Shown here: positions 1 to 8,099 of the stretch, piece after piece | Layout: every line of letters begins with the position of its first letter | Numbering within the stretch: the stretch's first letter is position 1 | Source of the DNA: Gemmatimonadota bacterium | Lineage (GTDB): Bacteria; Gemmatimonadota; Gemmatimonadetes; Gemmatimonadales; GWC2-71-9 | NCBI GenBank assembly: GCA_036679645.1 | Contig: JAZDCY010000048.1 | Location: 1-15,310 of the forward strand | Length of the DNA: 15,310 nucleotides | Reading direction: 5' to 3' | Program-made: the position numbers and the translations under genes | Notes under the pieces: model-generated | What the model was told of the DNA's origin: nothing | Database searches by the model: none | The model's input: the letters and a program-made list of their open reading frames with translations, nothing else

Positions 1-1
1 C

Positions 2-310
2 GAGCGGTTCGATCATCTCCTGACGCCGGCCATGGCGGTCCCGCCGTTTCCGGTCGAGCAGAACTATCCCGAGACCGTCGCCGGGAAGGAGATGGAGACG
101 TACGTGGACTGGATCGCACCCACCTTCACGCTCAGTCTGGCCGGGACGCCCGTCGCGTCGGTGCCATGCGGCTTGGACTCGGAGAGATCGCCGGTCGGGT
201 TGCAGGTCGTGGGTGGGCCGCAGGGTGAGGAGGCGGTGCTGGCGCTAGCCAAGACCATTCAGGATGCTTACCCCATTGGCGGGCCGCCGCTCGAACGGGT
301 CGTGACCTAG
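2..310 (+). CDS. Amidase signature family protein, C-terminal fragment (5' end outside window)
   Basis: Frame is open from base 2 (ERFDHLLTPAMAVPPFPV...). The C-terminus PVASVPCG...PVGLQVVG...EEAVLALA matches the typical amidase ending. Confidence 0.85.
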   Translation, partial: ERFDHLLTPAMAVPPFPVEQNYPETVAGKEMETYVDWIAPTFTLSLAGTPVASVPCGLDSERSPVGLQVVGGPQGEEAVLALAKTIQDAYPIGGPPLERVVT

Positions 311-409
311 CCCTGCTCTCCTGATGGGACTTCTCGCGGTGGGCGCGCTGGCCTCGAACCCGCGTCGACCCTACATTTTGGCCAGCCCGTTGTCTGGAGG
401 TCGCAGTTC

Positions 410-3370
410 GTGGACCAACTCGCGCGCCTGAAAGCCGCCCTCGCCGACCGCTACGCCGTTGATCGCGAGGTGGGAAGTGGCGGCATGGCGACGGTCTATC
501 TCGCCGAAGATCTGAAACACCACCGTCAGGTTGCCCTGAAGGTCTTACGTCCCGATCTCGCCGCATCGCTCGGCGCCGACCGATTCTTGCGAGAGATCGA
601 GATTGCCGCGCGCCTCCAGCACCCACACGTCTTGCCGCTGTACGACTCGGGGGAGGCAGACGGCTTTCTGTACTACGTGATGCCCTTCGTAAAGGGCGAG
701 TCACTCCGGGACAAGCTGGCAAAGACCGGCGAGCTGCCCATTGCCGCGGCTGTCCGGATTCTCCGCGACGTGGTCGATGCGCTGGCGCACGCCCATCGAG
801 AGGGCGTGGTCCACCGTGACATCAAGCCGGACAACGTCCTGCTGTCAGACAACCACGCGGTAGTGACCGACTTCGGTGTGGCGAAAGCGGTGAGTGAGGC
901 CACGGGAAGGCAGGGGATCACGACGGCGGGTGTCGCTCTTGGGACGCCTTCCTACATGGCGCCCGAACAGGCGGCCGCAGAGCCCAACATCGATCATCGC
1001 GCCGACATCTACGCGGTCGGTGCGATGGCGTTCGAGATCCTCTCTGGGGCGCCACCGTTTGCCGGACTAAGCGCCCAGGCGGTGCTGTCGGCCCACATCA
1101 CGCAGACGCCGGAGATGATTACGGCGCGCCGACCGACAGTACCGGCTCCGCTCGCCGAGATTGTGATGCGCTGTCTCGAGAAGAAACCCGCGGATCGATG
1201 GCAGAGTGCGGAGGAAGTCCTCGCCCGATTGGAAGTGATCGCGACCCCCAGCGGTGGCACGCAGCCGGTGGCCCCAGTCCGGAGCCCGAGGCACAGAGTC
1301 CCCCTCGCCGTAGGCCTGTCGGTAGTCGCGGTACTCGCGGTTTTGGCCGCGGTCTTCCTGCGGTCGGGATCGGCGGCTCCCGAGATCGACCCGAACGTTG
1401 TTGCCGTCATGCCCTTCCGTATTTCGGGAGCGGACCCGCAGGTGTCGTACCTACGCGAGGGACTGGTTGATCTGTTTCATGCGCGGCTCGGTGGTGAAGG
1501 CGGGCCGCGGGCGCTCGTACCACAGACGGTCATCTCCGCGTGGCGTCGTGCCGGCGGGTCTGAAACCGATGATCTAGACGAGAGCAGGGCGCTCAGCGTG
1601 GCGGCGGCTCTCGGCGCGGGTCAACTCTTGCTCGGGTCGATCGTCGGATCGCCAAATGCATTGACCCTCAGTGTCTCGCTCATCGATGTTGGCGGTGAAC
1701 GCGCGCCCACCCAGGTGGACGTTTCGGGACCGGTGGACAGCCTCGCGGCACTGGTGGACCACGTGACCGCCGAGTTGCTCGCGCTTCGGGCGGGCGAGAC
1801 CAGCCGGCGGCTGTCCGATCTCACCACGCGATCGCTCCCGGCGCTGCGCGCGTATCTGGAGGGGCAGGCGCTGTATCGCGTCGGCCGATATGTCGATGCG
1901 ACCCAGCAATTCGAGCGGGCACTAGATGAGGATTCTACGTTCGCGCTTGCGGGCCTGGCGCACAATCAGGCGTCGGCGTGGTACACGTCTGCACCGCGTG
2001 GGCTTCGACTTGCGTGGAGGTACCGCGACCGGCTGAATGGTCGCGACCGCACGCTGCTCGACGCGATCGCGCGCTTGCGCAACTACCCCGTGCCCGCATC
2101 GCGGCGTGACGTGCTCGACGCGATGGAACAGGTCGTCGCGCACGCCCCCGACGGTCCCGCGGAATGGTATCGTCTGGGCGATGTCCTGTTCCACTTTGGC
2201 AACTTGATCGGCGAAGAGCGCGCGTTCGAACGGGCGGCAACGGCATTGGAGCGGGCCATCGCGCTCGATTCGGGGTTCGCCGGACCGACCCAGCATCTGG
2301 TGGAGCTGGCTGCACGCCGGGGAGACGTGGAGGCGGCGCGGCGGTACGCCGCCATGTACTTCGCTTCCGACTCGGTCGGTGGCGTGGCGGATCACGTGCG
2401 CTGGCGGCTCGCGGTCGCCGAGAACGACACTGCCGCCCTGGCAGCGCTCCATGCCAGGTTCACCGATCTGTCGCCGGTGGTGCTGAGCTTCATCTGGAAC
2501 ATCAGCATGGCAGATGGCGTTGACGTGCGCACCGGCGAGCGGGCGGTCCAGATTCTCCTGGACCGGGCTTCAACGAGCGTGGACCGCCTCGCCGGACTGC
2601 TATTGCGGTCGATTACCGCGCTCAACGGCGGGCGACCGCGCGAAGCAGCGAGCCTCGACAACGCGCTGCTCGACGCCGGCGCTCGTCCCAACGGGATCTC
2701 CCGCGGGCACATCATGGATGCGATGTTCTGGGACGGCGACTCGACGACGGCTGCCGCGGCGGTGCTGGGGGTCCAGGCTCGAGCACTGACGTTGATGGGT
2801 GCGAGTGAGATCCCGAACACCGACGCCATCCTCGACGTCTGCGTCTCCGAGTTGTGGCGGCTCGCGATCGGAGAAGGGTCCACCACTGCATCGGCCATAC
2901 AGTGGTTGCGCCGCGGAATCGAGGCGGGCGACTCCGCTACCGTCGCGAGCCACGATGCGCTGATGTGCGCGTCGCTGCTCAATGCGGTGCTAGCGGATCT
3001 CGAAGACCGGCCCGACGCGCGTGAGGCTCTCGAGCAAGTGGATTCGCTTTCCCGGGAGGGACTCACGATCGCGGTGGACCTGCTGGTGCATCGTTTCGTA
3101 ACCGCCCGACTGTGGGAGCGACGCGGTGAACCAGCGAGAGCGCTGGCCGCACTCAGACGGCGGTGCTACTTCTGTGGGCCGGGTGGTAGTGCATTCCTTT
3201 CCAGCTCGTTGCGCGAAGAGGGGCGTATCGCAGCAATGACCGGCGACACGCTCGGCGCGATTGAGGCGTACCGCCATTATCTCGCCTTGCGTCCCAACCC
3301 CGAGCCGGAACTCCAGGAACAGAAGGACCGCATTACCCAGGCGCTCGCGGCACTCTTGGGGGAGAGGTAG
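410..3370 (+). CDS. Hanks-type Ser/Thr protein kinase with transmembrane helix, TolB-N-like domain and TPR-like helical C-terminus
   Basis: Kinase motifs GSGGMA, VALK, HRDIKPDN, DFG and GTPSYMAPE. Hydrophobic segment VPLAVGLSVVAVLAVLAAVFL, then VVAVMPF and helical repeats. GGAGG at 396-400 precedes the GTG start. Confidence 0.93.
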   Translation: MDQLARLKAALADRYAVDREVGSGGMATVYLAEDLKHHRQVALKVLRPDLAASLGADRFLREIEIAARLQHPHVLPLYDSGEADGFLYYVMPFVKGESLRDKLAKTGELPIAAAVRILRDVVDALAHAHREGVVHRDIKPDNVLLSDNHAVVTDFGVAKAVSEATGRQGITTAGVALGTPSYMAPEQAAAEPNIDHRADIYAVGAMAFEILSGAPPFAGLSAQAVLSAHITQTPEMITARRPTVPAPLAEIVMRCLEKKPADRWQSAEEVLARLEVIATPSGGTQPVAPVRSPRHRVPLAVGLSVVAVLAVLAAVFLRSGSAAPEIDPNVVAVMPFRISGADPQVSYLREGLVDLFHARLGGEGGPRALVPQTVISAWRRAGGSETDDLDESRALSVAAALGAGQLLLGSIVGSPNALTLSVSLIDVGGERAPTQVDVSGPVDSLAALVDHVTAELLALRAGETSRRLSDLTTRSLPALRAYLEGQALYRVGRYVDATQQFERALDEDSTFALAGLAHNQASAWYTSAPRGLRLAWRYRDRLNGRDRTLLDAIARLRNYPVPASRRDVLDAMEQVVAHAPDGPAEWYRLGDVLFHFGNLIGEERAFERAATALERAIALDSGFAGPTQHLVELAARRGDVEAARRYAAMYFASDSVGGVADHVRWRLAVAENDTAALAALHARFTDLSPVVLSFIWNISMADGVDVRTGERAVQILLDRASTSVDRLAGLLLRSITALNGGRPREAASLDNALLDAGARPNGISRGHIMDAMFWDGDSTTAAAAVLGVQARALTLMGASEIPNTDAILDVCVSELWRLAIGEGSTTASAIQWLRRGIEAGDSATVASHDALMCASLLNAVLADLEDRPDAREALEQVDSLSREGLTIAVDLLVHRFVTARLWERRGEPARALAALRRRCYFCGPGGSAFLSSSLREEGRIAAMTGDTLGAIEAYRHYLALRPNPEPELQEQKDRITQALAALLGER

Positions 3371-3498
3371 GCGCGGCCGGGCAAGATGGGTGTAGCGACT
3401 TCCGGCACCACGCGTACCCCATAGGCCGGCCCCGGCTTGAAGGACTCGATACGGGACCGTAGACTACTACGCCTCACCAGTGCCTCCGGAGGTTCCAC

Positions 3499-4611
3499 AT
3501 GTCAACCGTTCGCTCCGTGCTTGCCATCATGGCGTTCACGGCCGTTACCGTGGGTGTGCGCCCCCCACCGGCCACCGCGCAGGATGTTCGCTATACCACG
3601 GTTTCGAAGGTCGAGCTCGGCGGGAGCCTCGGCAGGGTTCTCAGGCTCGTATCGGGGTTTGGCGACCCAATGCGAGAGACCGTGTCGATCACGCGCACGC
3701 GGATGCTCACCGAGACAGATGCCAACGCGACTATCATGAACGCCGACGACGGCACGATCACGTTTGTCGACCATGAAGGACAGAGCTACTGGACGATGAA
3801 CCTCGCCGAGATGCTCCAGGGGATGTCGGGTGCAATGGCGGGGGCGGTGGCAGAGGCGGACGTTGAGCCGCCGGCGGAGGAGGATGCTCGGGACCAGCCG
3901 GCTTCCGGGGATTCGGTACACTACGAGGTGCACGTCTCCACCGATCGCACGGGCCGTAGGGAACGCGTCGCGGGCTACGAGGCCGAGCAGGTGTTTCTCA
4001 CGGTCCAGATCGAGGGCGAGGCCTACGCCGAGGAAGGTGACAGTACCGTCAAGGGCTCCGTCTTTGTGCTCTCAGAGTTGTGGCTCAGTGAGGACTTCCC
4101 GGGACACGAGGCAGAGCAAGCGTTTCATCGGGCGTGGGCTGAGAAGGTGGCTGCGGGGTTCGCGTTCGACACAGCGGACGCGCGGGACATGGATGCGGTG
4201 TACGCGCACGACCCGCGGCTACGCGAAGCGCTGGAGGGGATGGAGGAGCAGATGGAGGAGTTGCGAGGCTCGCCGCTCAGGTCCGTTTCCCATTTCGTGA
4301 CTGTGCCGGACGGGGTGGAGTTCGACAGGGAGGCGGTGCTACGGGACGCCGACAAGAGCCTCGGTGATGACGTTGTCGGGGCCGCGGCGCGTGGTGTCGT
4401 TGGCGGCGCGCGGCGGCGCTTGGGCGGGATGCTCCGCCGCGGTAACCGGAACCGCGAACCGCAACCGCAGCAGGCCGTCATCATGCGGATCACTACGGAG
4501 ATCGAGAACCCCGAGCTGGGGCCGCTCGCACCCGAGCTCTTCGTGCCGCCGGCGGACTACACGATGCGCGAATCGCCTATGCCGGTCAGGCCCGGGTCTA
4601 CCCCGGGCTGA
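3499..4611 (+). CDS. Secreted hypothetical protein, DUF4412-like
   Basis: GGAGG at 3488-3492 and a signal-peptide-like N-terminus ending ATA-QD. Segments TIMNADDGTITFVDHEGQSYW, TGRRERVAGYEAEQ, ELWLS and ELFVPPADY resemble DUF4412-type proteins. Family call is by recognition only. Confidence 0.65.
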   Translation: MSTVRSVLAIMAFTAVTVGVRPPPATAQDVRYTTVSKVELGGSLGRVLRLVSGFGDPMRETVSITRTRMLTETDANATIMNADDGTITFVDHEGQSYWTMNLAEMLQGMSGAMAGAVAEADVEPPAEEDARDQPASGDSVHYEVHVSTDRTGRRERVAGYEAEQVFLTVQIEGEAYAEEGDSTVKGSVFVLSELWLSEDFPGHEAEQAFHRAWAEKVAAGFAFDTADARDMDAVYAHDPRLREALEGMEEQMEELRGSPLRSVSHFVTVPDGVEFDREAVLRDADKSLGDDVVGAAARGVVGGARRRLGGMLRRGNRNREPQPQQAVIMRITTEIENPELGPLAPELFVPPADYTMRESPMPVRPGSTPG

Positions 4612-4635
4612 CGCCCGGGGTTGGGGGAGCGTGAT
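4600..4635. repeat. REP-like palindromic element, copy 1
   Basis: Perfect hairpin ACCCCGGGC-TGAC-GCCCGGGGT (4600-4621) followed by TGGGGGAGCGTGAT. A similar sequence occurs at 11805-11840. Confidence 0.6.
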
Positions 4636-4648
4636 ACCTACGAGCTTG

Positions 4649-4667
4649 TAACCCTGTCGCGGGGTTA
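4649..4667. terminator. Short hairpin between convergent genes, possible terminator
   Basis: TAACCCTG-TCG-CGGGGTTA, with one G-U pair, overlaps the synthetase stop codon. No clear U-tract. Confidence 0.3.
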
Positions 4668-6170
4668 GAAGAGCGTCGCGACGTAGGGCTTTGTGATTTT
4701 CCCCATCGCGTTGCGCGGCAAGGAGTCGACGGTCTTCAACGCGCGCGGGATCTTGTAGGGTGCGAGGTACTCCTTCGCCCACTCCTTGAGCTGTGCGAGC
4801 GTGAGATCGGTGTCTGCGCACAACTCGACGGCTGCACATACGCGCTCGCCCCACTCTTCATCCTCCACACCAACCACCGCGCACTCAGCAATGCTAGGGT
4901 GCATCTGGAGCACCGCTTCGATCTCTAGCGCGGACACCTTGTAGCCACCCGTCTTGATGATGTCGATGTTCTGCCGGCCCAAAATACGGTAGCGGCCGTT
5001 CTCACGCACCGCGATGTCACCGGTGACGAACCATCCATTGTGGAATGCGGCCGTCGTTTCGTCGGGACGACGCCAGTACTCGCGAAACACGCCGGGTCCG
5101 CGAACCTCCACTGTACCCGGCTCTCCATCCGGCACCTCCCCGCCGTCGCCGGCGTCCTGAACGAGTCGTACGTCCACGCCGGGAAGCGGCGCTCCAACGG
5201 TGCCGGGCATACGCTCGCCGTCTACCGGATTCGAGCAGATCATTCCCGTCTCGGTCATGCCGTACCGCTCGAGCAGGACGTGACCGGTGATCTCCCGCCA
5301 GCGTTCCAGGGTCGGGATGGGAAGTGCCGCGGAGCCGGAGACCATGAGGCGTATCTTCGTACAGCCCGCGGACATCGTCTCTCGATCGCTTGGCGCTGCG
5401 TCATCCCATGCGGCGATCAGTCGCCGATAGATCAGCGGAACCGCCATGAACAACGTGAGGTCGCCGGTCGCCAAACGAGTCCACACGGTCTGTGCGTCGA
5501 ACGCGGGGAGCATCTCACAGTGCGCGCCCGCCCATAGCGCGCACGTTAGCACGTTGATGATCCCGTGTACGTGATGGAGCGGCAGCGCCAGAAGGATCGA
5601 ATCGTCCTCGCACCACCGCCACGCCTCGATGAGAGAGGTTACCTGCGCCGTGATGTTCGCGTGCGTCGTGACGACGCCCTTCGGTCTTGCGGTCGTGCCG
5701 CTCGTGTAGACCATCAGCGCCCCGTGGTCCCACGCGACCGACGGCAGCATTGACGCCGGCGGAGTACGGGCCAGGCGTTCCGTCGTCAGGAAGTCGATCC
5801 CCCTTTCTTCGGCCAACCGACGGAGGCGGCTCTCGAACTCGGGGTGGGCCACGACTATGGTCGGTTCGGCGTCATCGAGTACGAACGCCAACTCAGCCGC
5901 CGGATGCGTCACGCAGAGCGGTACGGCGATGCCGCCGGCGCGCCAGATTCCCCACTGCGTCCCTACATATGTGAAGTCGGACGGACAGAGGAACGCCACG
6001 CGTGCCTCATCGAGGTCGGATCGGTCACCGAGAAGAGCCGCCGCACATTGGGCCGACGCGCTCAGTAACTCCGCATACGTGTAGGTCGCGCCATCGGCCG
6101 AGACGGCGATCCGGTCGACGTGGGATCGTGCCCGCTCGATGAGCGGGAGGTCGGTGTGTGAGGAGTTCAT
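4665..6170 (-). CDS. AMP-forming acyl-CoA synthetase, malonyl-CoA synthetase (MatB/ACSF3)-like
   Basis: Motifs YTSGTTARPKG, LPLHHVHG, ERYGMTE (characteristic of the MatB/ACSF3 group), TGD, GGYKVSALEIE and PRNAMGK. Confidence 0.88.
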   Translation of the reverse strand: MNSSHTDLPLIERARSHVDRIAVSADGATYTYAELLSASAQCAAALLGDRSDLDEARVAFLCPSDFTYVGTQWGIWRAGGIAVPLCVTHPAAELAFVLDDAEPTIVVAHPEFESRLRRLAEERGIDFLTTERLARTPPASMLPSVAWDHGALMVYTSGTTARPKGVVTTHANITAQVTSLIEAWRWCEDDSILLALPLHHVHGIINVLTCALWAGAHCEMLPAFDAQTVWTRLATGDLTLFMAVPLIYRRLIAAWDDAAPSDRETMSAGCTKIRLMVSGSAALPIPTLERWREITGHVLLERYGMTETGMICSNPVDGERMPGTVGAPLPGVDVRLVQDAGDGGEVPDGEPGTVEVRGPGVFREYWRRPDETTAAFHNGWFVTGDIAVRENGRYRILGRQNIDIIKTGGYKVSALEIEAVLQMHPSIAECAVVGVEDEEWGERVCAAVELCADTDLTLAQLKEWAKEYLAPYKIPRALKTVDSLPRNAMGKITKPYVATLF

Positions 6171-6273
6171 GACGTCCGCAAAGATAAGGCGTCCCAGGCG
6201 CCGACGCTCCCTCGCTGGTCCGAGAGCGGACGGCCGTCTAGATTGGTCGGACCTCTATGCGAGAGCGGCACAC

Positions 6274-7407
6274 ATGAACACCAGGTTTGATGCACGACGG
6301 CACATCGGCGGAGCACTCGTAGTCGGGGCGACCGCCCTCGGCGTGGCACAACTCGATGCGCAAACGCTCGAATGCGCAGCGGGTGAAGCGGTCGACACGG
6401 CGACCGTGACCCTTGGCGAGCATGTGATCCGGGTCTGCTACCTCGGGCGCACGGCGGGCAGCGATCCGGTCTTTGGACATTCTCTAGAATACGCTGACAG
6501 CTGGACCGTCCAATACGACACGCTCTGGAACATGGGCATCGTGTTCGAGACGCCGCTCGATGTGGAGCTTGCGGGCATTCACGTGGAGCCCGGTATCTAC
6601 GGGCTCTATGCCATTCCCAGTTCCTACGAATGGGTGATCATCGTGCGCCCCGGTGCGGATGCGTTGGAAGGGACGGGGGCGGTCTACGACGACGCGGCGC
6701 GAGATGTGGAGGTCGGGCGCGCGCTGGTTCGCAGCACGTCGCTCCGGGATCGCGCCGGGCGTATGGTGGTGCGCGGCGAAGCTTCGGGCGCGTCTTCGGC
6801 GGATCTGGTGATCGAGTGGGATCGTACGCAGGTGCGTGTCCCGTTCCGATTGACGGAAAGCCTCGGAGATATCGAGTGCGCGTTGCGTGGTGCACCAACT
6901 CGTCTGGCGCAGCGGTCGAGCCCGCCCGACTCGGTCGACTTCCAGCTTGGCGGCGAAACTGCTCGCGTGTGTTACGGTCGGCCGTCCGCACGCGAGCGCC
7001 GGATCGTGGGCGGGGTCGTGCCCTACGACGACATGTGGCGCACTGGTGCGAATGAGCCGACCGTTCTCCACTTGCCTGTGGCCGCTGAAGTTGCCGGCAT
7101 CACGCTGGCGCCGGGCGACTACACGATCAACCTGATTCCCGGCCCGCGCGATTGGGTGGTTATCATCGGCACGGCGACGAACCGTTGGGGGCGCGTCACT
7201 CCGACCGAGCGTGGCGGCCGCAGCCAGTACACAGATGCGGTGCGCGCGCGGGAGGTGGGGCGGGCGATGGTGACGAGCGACGAGGCGGGGTCGCATGTGG
7301 AGCAGTTTACGATCACGGCGGATCCGGTTAGCGGCGGTGCCGATCTCGTTCTGGTGTGGGAGCGGATGCGGGTCATGATTCCGGTTCGATTGGAGATTAG
7401 AGATTAG
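6274..7407 (+). CDS. Secreted protein with two tandem DUF2911-like domains
   Basis: ATG 6274 gives a signal-peptide-like N-terminus. The second domain has SPPDSV...YGRPSARERRIVGGVVPYDDMWRTGANEPT...LAPGDYTI...VEQFTI...LVWE, typical of DUF2911. The first domain is a diverged copy (VCYLGR, PGIYGLYAIP, LVIEWDRTQVRVP). The ORF-track start at 6139 overlaps the divergent gene. Confidence 0.8.
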   Translation: MNTRFDARRHIGGALVVGATALGVAQLDAQTLECAAGEAVDTATVTLGEHVIRVCYLGRTAGSDPVFGHSLEYADSWTVQYDTLWNMGIVFETPLDVELAGIHVEPGIYGLYAIPSSYEWVIIVRPGADALEGTGAVYDDAARDVEVGRALVRSTSLRDRAGRMVVRGEASGASSADLVIEWDRTQVRVPFRLTESLGDIECALRGAPTRLAQRSSPPDSVDFQLGGETARVCYGRPSARERRIVGGVVPYDDMWRTGANEPTVLHLPVAAEVAGITLAPGDYTINLIPGPRDWVVIIGTATNRWGRVTPTERGGRSQYTDAVRAREVGRAMVTSDEAGSHVEQFTITADPVSGGADLVLVWERMRVMIPVRLEIRD

Positions 7408-7534
7408 AGATTAGAGATTAGAGATTGGAGATTGGAGATTGGAGATTGGAGATTGGAGATTGGAGATTGGAGATTGGAGATTGGAGATTGGAGATTGGAG
7501 ATTGGAGATTGGAGATTGGAGATTGGAGATTGGA
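7388..7534 (+). repeat. Heptamer tandem array, 21 units GATT(G/A)GA
   Basis: Counted as 1 x GATTGGA, 4 x GATTAGA, 16 x GATTGGA, followed by degenerate TGGAGATTGAGA. Three further degenerate units GGTTAGA-GGTCAGA-GAATAGA lie at 7629-7649. Confidence 0.97.
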
Positions 7535-7658
7535 TGGAGATTGAGAATCTGTCTGCCGGATTGCGCCGCCGGCCGAGTGCAAGCCTCCGGGGATCACGGG
7601 TGGTTTTGGCCATCGGATGAGGTGAAACGGTTAGAGGTCAGAGAATAGAAGAGCAATA

Positions 7659-8048
7659 TTGGCGATTGTGAGGGTACAATCTCCGCGCACTCGGTTGACG
7701 CCCCAGGCGCTTCAGAATCGTCTCGTAGAATTCGGCGTGGCCGTCTGCCGGGAGGTGCGTCGCCTGCCCAAGGATGTGGTCGGAGAAAACGTCGGGCGGC
7801 AACTCGTCCGGTCGACGACGTCTCCTGCGGCCAACTATGCGGAGGCATGCGGTTCGCAGTCGCGACGTGATTTCGTGCACAAGCTGCACATCTGCCTCAA
7901 GGAGCTTCGGGAAACGATGGTCTGGTTACAATTTGTAGAGCGCCTCTCGCGCCATCCATCGGAGACTGGGCAACTGATTCGAGAGTGTGACGAACTGATA
8001 GCGATCTTCGTGAAAAGCGTGAATACAACAAAGAAACGGAGGGATTAG
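7659..8048 (+). CDS. Four helix bundle protein (23S rRNA intervening-sequence protein family, structurally related to DGR Avd)
   Basis: Motifs LQNRLVEF, QLVRSTTSPAANYAEA, SRRDFVHKLHICLKELRETMVWL and ECDELIAIF are typical of TIGR02436-type proteins. The start is uncertain; TTG 7695 (MTPQALQNRL) is a likely alternative. Confidence 0.9.
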   Translation: MAIVRVQSPRTRLTPQALQNRLVEFGVAVCREVRRLPKDVVGENVGRQLVRSTTSPAANYAEACGSQSRRDFVHKLHICLKELRETMVWLQFVERLSRHPSETGQLIRECDELIAIFVKSVNTTKKRRD

Positions 8049-8098
8049 AGATTGTAGACTGAACCAAATCTCCAATCTCCAATCTCCAATCTCTAATC
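8043..8098. repeat. Inverted heptamer array and local hairpin downstream of the four-helix-bundle gene
   Basis: GATTAGA-GATTGTA (8043-8056), then CCAAATC, 3 x TCCAATC and TCTAATC (8064-8098). Bases 8043-8054 and 8087-8098 form a perfect 12-bp inverted repeat. Confidence 0.92.
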
Positions 8099-8099
8099 G

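Noticed and set aside
132..3498. Many antisense and alternative-frame ORFs over the kinase (and similar ones over other long genes)
   Set aside because: Arg/Ser/Pro-rich shadow ORFs expected in high-GC DNA, with no recognisable motifs.
5677..5712. Gly-to-Ala change in the synthetase P-loop (TSGTTARPKG) as a sign of inactivation
   Set aside because: A single conservative change; all other adenylation motifs and the reading frame are intact.
6139..6273. Long N-terminal extension of the DUF2911 ORF (likewise 12693-12875 and 10215-10268 for other genes)
   Set aside because: These extensions overlap divergent genes or promoter regions. Downstream starts have better RBS or signal-peptide context.
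7388..7534. CRISPR array (also considered for 11896-11991)
   Set aside because: Contiguous 7- or 8-bp units with no spacers, and no cas genes in the window.
7404..7648. ORFs reading EIGDWRL or SPISNLQ repeats
   Set aside because: Translations of the stop-free heptamer array, with no independent coding evidence.
7659..8048. Diversity-generating retroelement or true 23S rRNA intervening sequence
   Set aside because: No reverse transcriptase, TR/VR pair or rRNA sequence is visible in the window.
7388..8098. Classical IS element
   Set aside because: No transposase motifs, and I found no target-site duplication.
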